Part shown: positions 29,122-37,005 of the stretch, piece by piece
How positions within the stretch are numbered: position 1 is the stretch's first letter
Layout of the letters: every line of letters starts with the position of its first letter
From: a virus
Lineage: Duplodnaviria > Caudoviricetes
DNA: 53,452 nucleotides
IMG/VR virus record: IMGVR_UViG_3300018933_000007
Span: 1-53,452 of that record
Direction: 5' to 3' (one strand)
The notes under the pieces: generated by a model
Told to the model about the DNA's origin: nothing
Databases searched by the model: none
What the model saw: the letters and a program-made list of their open reading frames with translations, nothing else
Program-made: the position numbers and the translations under genes

Positions 29122-29160
29122 ACGGCACCCCTCCCTCACGAGAGGAGGGAGGGGCGCCGT
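29122..29160 (-). terminator. Terminator-like hairpin upstream of late promoter
   Basis: ACGGCACCCCTCCCT/AGGGAGGGGCGCCGT stem with one mismatch (G-U on minus strand). Confidence 0.6.
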
Positions 29161-29400
29161 GAGCCTGCGTGCCAAACACAGGCGGTGCGGTGTGCCGGTT
29201 GGAGTCAGCAGCCGACAGGAACTGGACCGCACGAGAAGGATGCCCAGCCACGGCGGCGACGAGCAAGCTCTGGAGGAAGTCTGGACAGAAAGTGAGCCAA
29301 TTCCCGCCCCGGTCAGCACGACGCCCCCTTCCGTGGTGAAGACGGAAGAGGGCGTTGAGCTGGGCGCTACAGCATCGGCGGTTGTAGCCGTATCACCGTA

Positions 29401-29760
29401 TCAACCGTCCGGCGCCGCCGGAACCGGCCGGACGCCGCTGCCGCCCCACGGCGCGGCGAGCCCGGCGTCGACCAGGGCCTGCCCCAGCTCCTCGGTGTCG
29501 GACAGGATCGTGGCCAGGTAGCGGCCGTACTTCTCCTTCTTGTCCTTCATGGTGCGCACGGCGAAGGTGGGCCCGTGCTCCTTCACCCACTTCTGCACGA
29601 AGGCGACGGCCTTCTTGCCCTCGGGGGTGTTGTGCTCGGGCGCGTTGATTCCCAGCAGCCTCACCCGCTGGCGGGTGAGCACCCCGAACCCAAGGTCGAC
29701 CTGCAGGTCCAGGGTGTCGCCGTCGACCACCTTCTCCACGGTGGCCTGGTAGATGAACAT
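29401..29760 (-). CDS. Thermonuclease (SNase-like) family protein
   Basis: VVDGDT, RVRLLGINAPE, KYGRYLA and LVDAGLA motifs. Confidence 0.92.
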   Translation of the reverse strand: MFIYQATVEKVVDGDTLDLQVDLGFGVLTRQRVRLLGINAPEHNTPEGKKAVAFVQKWVKEHGPTFAVRTMKDKKEKYGRYLATILSDTEELGQALVDAGLAAPWGGSGVRPVPAAPDG

Positions 29761-29999
29761 CAGTTCAGCGGCTCATCGACCGGCGTCCCGTAGAAGGTGG
29801 CCTCGGGCCAGCCGTTGGCGACGAGGAGGTCGTTGAGTGCCTCTGCCACCATCAGCGGGGTGATCCGGGTGGTGCCGGACGGCGGCGGGGTGGCCTCGCT
29901 CATCACGGTGAACTCCAGAGAGACGGCGGCGATGTCTCCCTCGGGCGGCTGGATGTGGGAACCGCCGTAGTACTTCGAGCTGGGGTGGAAGGTGGTCAT
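29760..29999 (-). CDS. Hypothetical protein
   Basis: Coupled to nuclease gene by TGATG overlap. Confidence 0.65.
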   Translation of the reverse strand: MTTFHPSSKYYGGSHIQPPEGDIAAVSLEFTVMSEATPPPSGTTRITPLMVAEALNDLLVANGWPEATFYGTPVDEPLN

Positions 30000-30005
30000 G
30001 TGGGG

Positions 30006-30215
30006 TCAGCCTCCGGAGATGATGTGCGGGACGAACCAGGCCGTCAGGCCCAGCCAGGCAAGCACGAAGACCGCCTTGCCGGACTTGGTGTTGGTGTGGA
30101 ACCAGGCGCGTGTGCGCTCGGAGAGCGTGTCGCCGTCCGCCTGGTTGAAGACGCCGTACAGCTCGTAGGCGAGCGCGGTGCCCAGGATGGTGCCCCAGGC
30201 GACGTTCGGGTCCAT
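30006..30215 (-). CDS. Small two-TM membrane protein
   Basis: MDPNVAWG...DTLSE..R.W...WF..H; AGGAG RBS. Confidence 0.65.
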   Translation of the reverse strand: MDPNVAWGTILGTALAYELYGVFNQADGDTLSERTRAWFHTNTKSGKAVFVLAWLGLTAWFVPHIISGG

Positions 30216-30223
30216 CGCCGCTC

Positions 30224-31345
30224 CTAGTCGAACAGGCTGTGCTGGATGGGAGCCGGGTGGTACTGCGGGGCACCGGCCTGGTCCAGGCGCCGTTGCAGGT
30301 GCTCGGCGTGGGCGTCGTTGGCCTGCTCCAGCCGGTCGGCGTCCGAGCGGCGGGTCCGCCAGTCGCGGTGGTCGTTGTAGCCGGGGTTGTCGAACTTGTG
30401 CCGCATGTCCGCCTGGTCGTTGTCCAGGCGGTGCATGATCTCGTCGAACTCCCGGCGCCCGGCCTCGTCGTGGGCCTTCTCGGTGGCCCGGTCGGCGAGG
30501 TCCTCGGCGTGGCGCGCGGGCGCGCCGCCGTGCCAGCCGGTCGGGTCGTACGGTCCGACGTGCTCCGGCTCTGTCTCGGAGGCAACCGGGTCCGGATGGG
30601 CCGTGGCCGGGGCCGGGGAAGCCGACGGCGCGGGAGACGCGGACTGCTCCGGGCCGTGCCACCAGTCCTTCAGCCGCTGGAAGAAGCCCGCCACGGTGGG
30701 GTCCAGGGACGCCGTGGTCGGCGAGGACGGGCCGACGCGGCCCTCCAGGTCGTCCAGGCGCCGGTGGACCTCGTCGAAGGTGCTGGCCCCGCCGTTGGGG
30801 CCTGGGTCCTGCTCGCCGGACTGCTGGCCCGGCGGCCGCCAGTGCTTGGCCCGGTCCGTGATCGGGCCGTCGGCGGCACCTCCCCACGACTCGTACGCCA
30901 GCGGGTAGGCGTCCGCGTGCTTGCGCACGGCCTCGGCCGCCAGCGACAGGCACTCGGCCAGCGGCACGCTCGGGTTCTCCCGCGCGGCCAGCGCGGCCAG
31001 CCGCGCGGTCACGAAGTCCATGGCCCGCTCCTGAGCGGCCGTCACCTTGCGGGCGGCCGTCTTCTGCTCGGCAGCCGCCGCGCGGGCTTGGGACAGCAGC
31101 TTCCAGCGCTGCGTGATGTCGCCGGTCAGCTCCTCCATCGGGTACAGGCGCTGGGCGGCGATGGCCTGCAGCTGCGGCTCGGCGAGAGCCAGCCGGTTGA
31201 TCAGGTCGACGTCGTTGTCCGCGCGGTAGACGAACTCGCCCACCAGGCGCTCGGCGTCGGCCAGCGCGGCCGTACGCGACAGCTCACGCTGCTCGTGGTC
31301 GAGGTCGCGGCCGGTCTCGTCCCACATCAGGGATGCGATGTCCAT
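30224..31345 (-). CDS. Putative internal head protein with His-rich C-terminal extension
   Basis: Helical N-terminus with many xTA/xHA motifs; ends QHSLFD. Confidence 0.6.
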   Translation of the reverse strand: MDIASLMWDETGRDLDHEQRELSRTAALADAERLVGEFVYRADNDVDLINRLALAEPQLQAIAAQRLYPMEELTGDITQRWKLLSQARAAAAEQKTAARKVTAAQERAMDFVTARLAALAARENPSVPLAECLSLAAEAVRKHADAYPLAYESWGGAADGPITDRAKHWRPPGQQSGEQDPGPNGGASTFDEVHRRLDDLEGRVGPSSPTTASLDPTVAGFFQRLKDWWHGPEQSASPAPSASPAPATAHPDPVASETEPEHVGPYDPTGWHGGAPARHAEDLADRATEKAHDEAGRREFDEIMHRLDNDQADMRHKFDNPGYNDHRDWRTRRSDADRLEQANDAHAEHLQRRLDQAGAPQYHPAPIQHSLFD

Positions 31346-31347
31346 GG

Positions 31348-33585
31348 TCAGGCGCCCTTCTTCTCGGCGAGGAGGCCCGCCTGCACGCGGCGGCGGAACT
31401 GCGAGGCCAGCGGGGACAGCCCGGAGCCCTGGTTGTAGGCCGACGCCATGCCGGACTGGGGAACGGTCACCGGCTGACCCGGCTCCGGTACGGCCGCCTG
31501 CTGCGGCACCACCGGCTGGCCGAACGGCTCAGCGCCGTTGTACGGAGCCGGACCGGCCGGGGCGGCCGGGTTCATCTCGCCCGCGAGCGGGCCGGGCTTG
31601 CCGGGCCCGTTGATCGGGGTGTCACCCGAAGGCGACGGCGACGTCGTCGGGTTGGTGGTCTCCAGGTCGATGCCGGTGGCGGCCTCCACCTGCAGGTAGG
31701 TGCCGTCGGTCGGCAGCGCGTGCAGGGACGCGACCCGGTGAGTCAGCGCGCGGTGCTGCTCGATGCGCCGGGCCAGACGCGGCTCGACGGACGCCAGCGC
31801 GGCGTGAGCCGACAGCCACGCCCCCCGCTGGCGCGGGTGGTCAGTGAACGCCGCGTAGATACCGGCCTCCAGCTCCGGCGACCCGGGCCGGACCACGGGC
31901 GTGCCCTCCTGCCAGCGGGCCGCGTACTTGTAGCCCTTCTGGAAGTCGGGGTGCGCCATCTCCTGCTTCGAGGCCACGCGCCGGGACGCGAACGCCGGGT
32001 GCTTGAGCGACTGACCGTTGTCGCCGCCCATGGACACCGGCACGTTCTGCGGCGGCGCCGGAGGCTCGGCGGAGGTGTAGGCCTGGGTGTACTCCGGCGC
32101 GGCGTGCGCGTCGCCGAACGACGGCTGCGCCTCCGGGTTGCGGGCGTCGGCCGCCCCGCTCCCGGCCTCGCCGACGTTGCGCGGCGGCGTGGTCGCGGGG
32201 GAGTTGGCGATGTTCGGCTGGGCGAACTGGTGGGGCTGGCTCCACTGGTCGGCCTGGGTGCGCAGCGAGGCATGCGACTGGTGCGCGCCGGAGGTCTCGC
32301 CGCCCTGGTCGTAGTGCGCCTGGCCGGTCATGCCGTCGGCCTGCTCACCCTCGTCGAGCAGCCACGGGAACGCCACGGTGGTCGGCAGCGGCGTGGAGCT
32401 CGGCGCGTCGTGCACGTCGGTCGTCTGCTGGATCATCGGCAGGCCGGACGCGGCCTCCTTCTTGCGGGGCGCGTCACCGACCTGACCGGCAGGCTGCATC
32501 TGCTCGGTCTCCGGCTGCGCGGGGTCCTCCTCCGGCATCTCGCCGGGGCCGCCCTCGACGGGGATGTCGGCGTAGTCGGAGTGCCCGCCCGCCCGCTCGG
32601 GGCTGGAGTTGCCGCCGGAGCCGCCCTCACCGGCCAGGGACGAGCCGGACGAGGAGCCACCGCCGCCACCGCCGTCCAGGGACGGCTCGGGAGCCGGGCC
32701 GGTCATCTGGCCTGTCTCGGAGTGCCCGCCGGGCACCTCGGGGCTGGAGTTGCCGCCGCCGTTGACGGCCTGCTGGATCGCCGGGGCCCGGCTGGAGGTC
32801 TCGGTGCCGACGACACCGGCGTTGAGGTCATTGACCGGCGGCGCGAAGTTGTCGAAGACGTCCGGGGGCAGCGGCGTCGCCTTCTGGGTGACGCCGTCCG
32901 GCGCGGTGGTCTGCTGGATCTGGTCCAGGCCCGACGCGGCCTCGACGATGGTGGCCTGCGCGCGCAGGAACGTCGCGTAGCCGACGAAGATGTCCTCGGC
33001 CGTCTTGGCCTGCGCACCGAGGCTGGAGGTGACCTGCCGGGCCTTGCCGACGGCCTGCTCGGTGAACTCCACGTTGTCGGCCCGAACAAAGTCCGGCACG
33101 TCCTGGAACCACAGGGCGGCCTGCGCGATGAGCTGGCCGTGGTCGAACGGCGCGTCGGCGACCTCGGTGTCCAGCCAGTCCGACTCGGAGGAGCCGCGCG
33201 CAGTACGGGAGATGACCGGGGCGAACGCCTCGCGGATGGAGGTGTCGGCCAGGTCCGCTTCCCGCTCCAGCGCGGCCGTGTGCTGCGAGGCGCGGTCCAT
33301 CTCGTGGAGCTGGGCGACGAGCCTGAGCTGCTCGTCGAGGGACCGGGTGTTGGCGATCCGCGCCATGAGATCGGAGCGGCGGTCAGGGCTGGGCATGCTG
33401 TTCTCCTCCTGCGCGCCCGCGCGGCGCATCCGGCGGCGTACGGACTTGTCTTCGCGGGAGGGGTTGCGGCGTGGACCGCGTGCAGCAGGACGCATCGGCT
33501 CGCTGGTGAGCGCTCGGTCCTCGTCAGCCCATGGGTCGTTGACCCACAGCGAGTCGTACGGGCTCGGCTCGACGGCGTCGTGCAT
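31348..33585 (-). CDS. Large putative internal head/core polyprotein with internal repeats
   Basis: First gene under a late promoter; repeated EAASGL..IQQTT; alternative start 33396 with AGGAGGAG RBS. Confidence 0.65.
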   Translation of the reverse strand: MHDAVEPSPYDSLWVNDPWADEDRALTSEPMRPAARGPRRNPSREDKSVRRRMRRAGAQEENSMPSPDRRSDLMARIANTRSLDEQLRLVAQLHEMDRASQHTAALEREADLADTSIREAFAPVISRTARGSSESDWLDTEVADAPFDHGQLIAQAALWFQDVPDFVRADNVEFTEQAVGKARQVTSSLGAQAKTAEDIFVGYATFLRAQATIVEAASGLDQIQQTTAPDGVTQKATPLPPDVFDNFAPPVNDLNAGVVGTETSSRAPAIQQAVNGGGNSSPEVPGGHSETGQMTGPAPEPSLDGGGGGGSSSGSSLAGEGGSGGNSSPERAGGHSDYADIPVEGGPGEMPEEDPAQPETEQMQPAGQVGDAPRKKEAASGLPMIQQTTDVHDAPSSTPLPTTVAFPWLLDEGEQADGMTGQAHYDQGGETSGAHQSHASLRTQADQWSQPHQFAQPNIANSPATTPPRNVGEAGSGAADARNPEAQPSFGDAHAAPEYTQAYTSAEPPAPPQNVPVSMGGDNGQSLKHPAFASRRVASKQEMAHPDFQKGYKYAARWQEGTPVVRPGSPELEAGIYAAFTDHPRQRGAWLSAHAALASVEPRLARRIEQHRALTHRVASLHALPTDGTYLQVEAATGIDLETTNPTTSPSPSGDTPINGPGKPGPLAGEMNPAAPAGPAPYNGAEPFGQPVVPQQAAVPEPGQPVTVPQSGMASAYNQGSGLSPLASQFRRRVQAGLLAEKKGA

Positions 33586-33602
33586 ACAAATCACCCCTCC
33601 TT

Positions 33603-33638
33603 CCGCCCCCAAGGGGCGGCGAAGGAGGGGTGAGACAG
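33603..33638 (-). promoter_or_regulatory. Putative late promoter at start of structural module (degenerate)
   Basis: CTGTC...CCTTGGGGGCGG. Confidence 0.5.
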
Positions 33639-33648
33639 GAGGAGGGGG

Positions 33649-33894
33649 TCAGTCGGTGGCGGGCACCTTCTCAGGGGTGTACTCCAGGATGTCGCCGACG
33701 CCGCAGCGGAGCACGCGACAGATGGCGGAGAGGGTGGCGAAGCGGACGGCGGCGACCTTGGCGTTGCGCAGCTTGGAGATGTTCGCCTCGGTGATGCCTG
33801 CCTGCCGGGCCAGCTCGGCCGGGCTCATGCCGCGCTCGCGGAGGATGTCGTCGAGGTGGATGGTGATCTCGTGCTCGAAGTCGGTGGGCGGCAT
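33649..33894 (-). CDS. Cro/C1-type HTH regulator (YozG-like)
   Basis: LDDILRERGMS..ELA..AGIT.ANIS.L.N.K...VRF.TL..IC..L.C.VGDILEY. Confidence 0.9.
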   Translation of the reverse strand: MPPTDFEHEITIHLDDILRERGMSPAELARQAGITEANISKLRNAKVAAVRFATLSAICRVLRCGVGDILEYTPEKVPATD

Positions 33895-33895
33895 G

Positions 33896-34477
33896 TCAGA
33901 CCACCTTGTCCAGTTCGGCGTCGAGCTTCCGGGCCCGGTCGTGCTCCTTCATCCAGTCGGTGCGGTTGCCGACGGCGCCGATCAGCACCATGGCGAAGGA
34001 GCCGGAGATAAGGAGGGCGTTGAGGCCGAAGGCCGAGGCGGGCAGTGCGACGTCGAAGTGCAGCTTGATGGCGGCGTTGACGACCATGATGGGCGCCAAC
34101 ATGATGACCATCGCTGCGAAGGAGAAGCCGATCAGGACACGCTGCGCCTTCTTCTTGTCGTAGTCGTGCGACCGGCGTGCCCACATCAGGTAGCCGTACG
34201 CGGCGACGACCATCATCAGCGTCAGCACGCTCGGGAGAGAGGCGATGACGCGGTCCGCGAAGCTGGGGTCTGCCAGCTTGACGGTGACGGCCTGGACCGT
34301 GCCCTGCAGCTCCTCGGGGGCGCCCTTGGCGGAGGGGGCCTTCGCGGTGACGGTGGGGTTCATGGCCATCTGGATCAGGTCCCAGGTTGCCATGCCCATC
34401 ATGAGCAGGGGCAGCCACGTCTTGGTGGAGCTGTCGATGATCTTGTCGGCGCGGGCGTCGGCGACGGAAGACTTCAT
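33896..34477 (-). CDS. DUF2975-like four-TM membrane protein
   Basis: Four hydrophobic helices, C-terminal L..ELDKVV, paired with YozG-like HTH. Confidence 0.6.
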   Translation of the reverse strand: MKSSVADARADKIIDSSTKTWLPLLMMGMATWDLIQMAMNPTVTAKAPSAKGAPEELQGTVQAVTVKLADPSFADRVIASLPSVLTLMMVVAAYGYLMWARRSHDYDKKKAQRVLIGFSFAAMVIMLAPIMVVNAAIKLHFDVALPASAFGLNALLISGSFAMVLIGAVGNRTDWMKEHDRARKLDAELDKVV

Positions 34478-34488
34478 GGCGGGATGTC

Positions 34489-34545
34489 CTTATCGTGGAC
34501 GATAACTTGAGCTCGATAGTAGTTATCGTCCACGATAAGAGTCAA
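34489..34545 (-). promoter_or_regulatory. Housekeeping-type promoter with two palindromic operators
   Basis: TTGACT-N18-TACTAT on minus strand; 19-bp inverted arms at 34489-34507 and 34521-34539, each TTATCGT-NN-ACGATAA. Confidence 0.8.
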
Positions 34546-34551
34546 GCCGGT

Positions 34552-36306
34552 TCAGCGGCCCTTGAAGTTCGGCAGGTGCGGGCCGACGTAGCCGACGATC
34601 ACCTGGCCCGTCGGACCGGCGGTGTCGTCGTAGAAGTGCATGCGCGGCGCCGGAGGCCTGCCCCCGCCGATCCGCACGTGGGCCCCCATGAACACCTCGC
34701 CCAGCTCCGGCACGGTGAACAGCCGGGTACGCCGCACCCGCAGGTCGGAACCGCCGCGCTCCAGCAGCACCTCGGACGCGACGTACATGCCCTTGGAGAT
34801 GAGCGTGGTGGCCTGCGGCCAGTCCAGGTAGGCGGTGAAGTGAGGGAGCACCCCCGCCCCGTGCTCCGCCTTGGCTTCGCCGTAGGCGTTCAGCGCCTCC
34901 AGCGCCTCCTCCGTCCGCCGCAGCCACGTCTTCTCCGAGGAGTGCCCGCGCAGCGACTTCACCGGCTCCCGCGCACAGTCCAGGATCCGCACGTACGGCA
35001 TCAGCTCGGTGGCCAGCTCGAACAGCTCCTGCCAGCTCTCCGGCCCCTTCGGGCGTTCCGGCACCGGCTCCGCATACGAGCGCCCCGGGACGAGGGCCAG
35101 CTGGCGGCGCAGGTAGGCCACCTCGCGGGTGAGCTCCTCCGCCTCGGCCTGGGCCGTCGCCTCGGCCGCCCAGGCGCTCTCGGCCTCCGCGCGGAATTCC
35201 TTCGCCTGCTCGGTCAGCGGGTTCCGTTCCAGCTCCAGCAGGCGCTTCTCAGCAGCCTCCTTCGACGCGTACACCAGCTGGGCCTTCTCTCGCTCGCGCC
35301 GCAGCAGGTCCCTGGTTTCGGCAAGGAGCGTCTCCAGCTCGCGGGCCCGCTCCTCGGCCTCCCGCTTCTCCCGCATCGCTCGCGCGGACGCCACCGGAAG
35401 CTCCGGCAGCACCCAGGAGTTGCGCAGGTTCTCCACCCCGGCGCGGGCCCGGCTGCAGAAGTGCGGCCGGAGCGCGGCGTAGCGGACGACGGCGTCGGCC
35501 GTCTCCTTCAGCAGCTGGCCGAAGGTCCCACCCGGGGGCCGCCGGACGATGCAGTCGGCCATCGGCCACTCGTCGTGGCGCGGCTTGGTCGGCAGGATCA
35601 GCCCTCCGCCCCACTTCAGCCGCAGCCGCGACTCCGGCAGCACACCGTCGGCGTTGACGATCTGGTCCTGGTCACCGTAGACGCGGAACTCCACTACGCG
35701 CCCCCGCAGCGACGGCGGGACCAGCTCGGCCAGCGGCAGCCCCGGGCTCTGGACGGCCTCCTCCACCGGCCGCCTGTCGTGCGTGACGACCGGGATGTAC
35801 CAGGGGCATGCCGACAGCTCCTCGAACTGCTGGGCCAGATGCTCGGTGTGCAGGTCAAGTGCCCCGGTCTCCTCCATGAGGAGCAGACGGCCGCCGACCC
35901 AGTCGTACGTCGTCAGGTTGCCGAACATGACGTCCACCGGCGACTTCCAGGCCATCTGCCACGGCCGGTCGGCCTCGGCCGTCAGCGTCCAGGACAGGTC
36001 CAGGTCGGCCGGGATCACGTCCGGCGAGTGGCGCTGCAGGCCCTCCCTCTCGGCGATGACGAGGTCCGGCGCCAGCAGCAGGCGCGCGTTGATGCGGTCG
36101 CCGTCCTTGGTCTGCCAGGCCGCGTCGACTCCCCACCACCAGTGGCCGCCCTCGGGGAGGAACCTCCTGGCGTCCGCTATCTCCCCGTGTTCGATGCTGT
36201 CGTCGATGTGGTCGCGGATCGCGTCCAGTGCGGTGGTGTGCCGGACGCGGCCGCTGGCATGCCAGACGGTGTCCGGCCAGGGCAGAAGCTGCTTGCGCTT
36301 CGCCAT
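34552..36306 (-). CDS. Large coiled-coil protein with C-terminal RelE/ParE-like domain
   Basis: Central coiled coil; C-terminal H.RIG....PRMHFYDD...VIVGYVGPHLP; GAGGAG RBS. Confidence 0.55.
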   Translation of the reverse strand: MAKRKQLLPWPDTVWHASGRVRHTTALDAIRDHIDDSIEHGEIADARRFLPEGGHWWWGVDAAWQTKDGDRINARLLLAPDLVIAEREGLQRHSPDVIPADLDLSWTLTAEADRPWQMAWKSPVDVMFGNLTTYDWVGGRLLLMEETGALDLHTEHLAQQFEELSACPWYIPVVTHDRRPVEEAVQSPGLPLAELVPPSLRGRVVEFRVYGDQDQIVNADGVLPESRLRLKWGGGLILPTKPRHDEWPMADCIVRRPPGGTFGQLLKETADAVVRYAALRPHFCSRARAGVENLRNSWVLPELPVASARAMREKREAEERARELETLLAETRDLLRREREKAQLVYASKEAAEKRLLELERNPLTEQAKEFRAEAESAWAAEATAQAEAEELTREVAYLRRQLALVPGRSYAEPVPERPKGPESWQELFELATELMPYVRILDCAREPVKSLRGHSSEKTWLRRTEEALEALNAYGEAKAEHGAGVLPHFTAYLDWPQATTLISKGMYVASEVLLERGGSDLRVRRTRLFTVPELGEVFMGAHVRIGGGRPPAPRMHFYDDTAGPTGQVIVGYVGPHLPNFKGR

Positions 36307-36401
36307 GGTGGTCTCCTCTGTTGTGGCGGTGTCATGCATTGTGTCGAGAAACACTGACAGCCACCGCCAGAGCACAGAATCCGCGCGACGAAACGTAAAG
36401 A

Positions 36402-36950
36402 TCAGTACATTTCGTAACGAGATTCGGTAGGACCGTGCTGGCCCTGGTAGTGGTTGCCCGCGTGCCCGTACGGCCGCGCGGGGACGGCCGACATGGGGAT
36501 CAGACAAAGCTGAGCGATCGGCATCAGCCGCCGGAGCCGGATCGGCAGGCCCGACAGGTTCGCGATCTCCAGCGTGATCTGTCCGCTGAACCCGGGGTCG
36601 ATGAAACCCGCCGTCACGTGAACGGTCAGGCCCAACCGGCCCAGGGAACTCTTGCCTTCAACGCTCGCCGCGAGCCCTCCGGGGAGGGTCACCCGCTCGA
36701 CCGTGCTGCCGAGGAGGAAGTCACCCGGCTTCATCAACCAGCCGTCCTCACCGATCTCAGCGAGCGCGGTGTGCCCCTCCGGCACGTCCGCGACGTCGAT
36801 CTCCCCGGCGTCCGGGATGTTCATCGTGCGCACGTACTGGGCGAGCAGCAGGTCCACGGAGGCGGGCTGCAGCCGCTGCGGGTCGAACGGCGAGATGTCC
36901 AGGTAGTTCTCTTCGTCGAGCGCGTTCTTGATCTGCCAGTCAGCGAGCAT
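36402..36950 (-). CDS. dcd: dCTP deaminase
   Basis: LQPASVD, EGKSSLGRLGL.VH.TAGFIDPGF.G.ITLE and YQGQ.GPT.SR. Confidence 0.95.
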   Translation of the reverse strand: MLADWQIKNALDEENYLDISPFDPQRLQPASVDLLLAQYVRTMNIPDAGEIDVADVPEGHTALAEIGEDGWLMKPGDFLLGSTVERVTLPGGLAASVEGKSSLGRLGLTVHVTAGFIDPGFSGQITLEIANLSGLPIRLRRLMPIAQLCLIPMSAVPARPYGHAGNHYQGQHGPTESRYEMY

Positions 36951-37005
36951 GTTGTGGTCCCCTTTCTCCACTCCATGGGGTCGCCGACCGGTACTGCGAC
37001 AGCTA

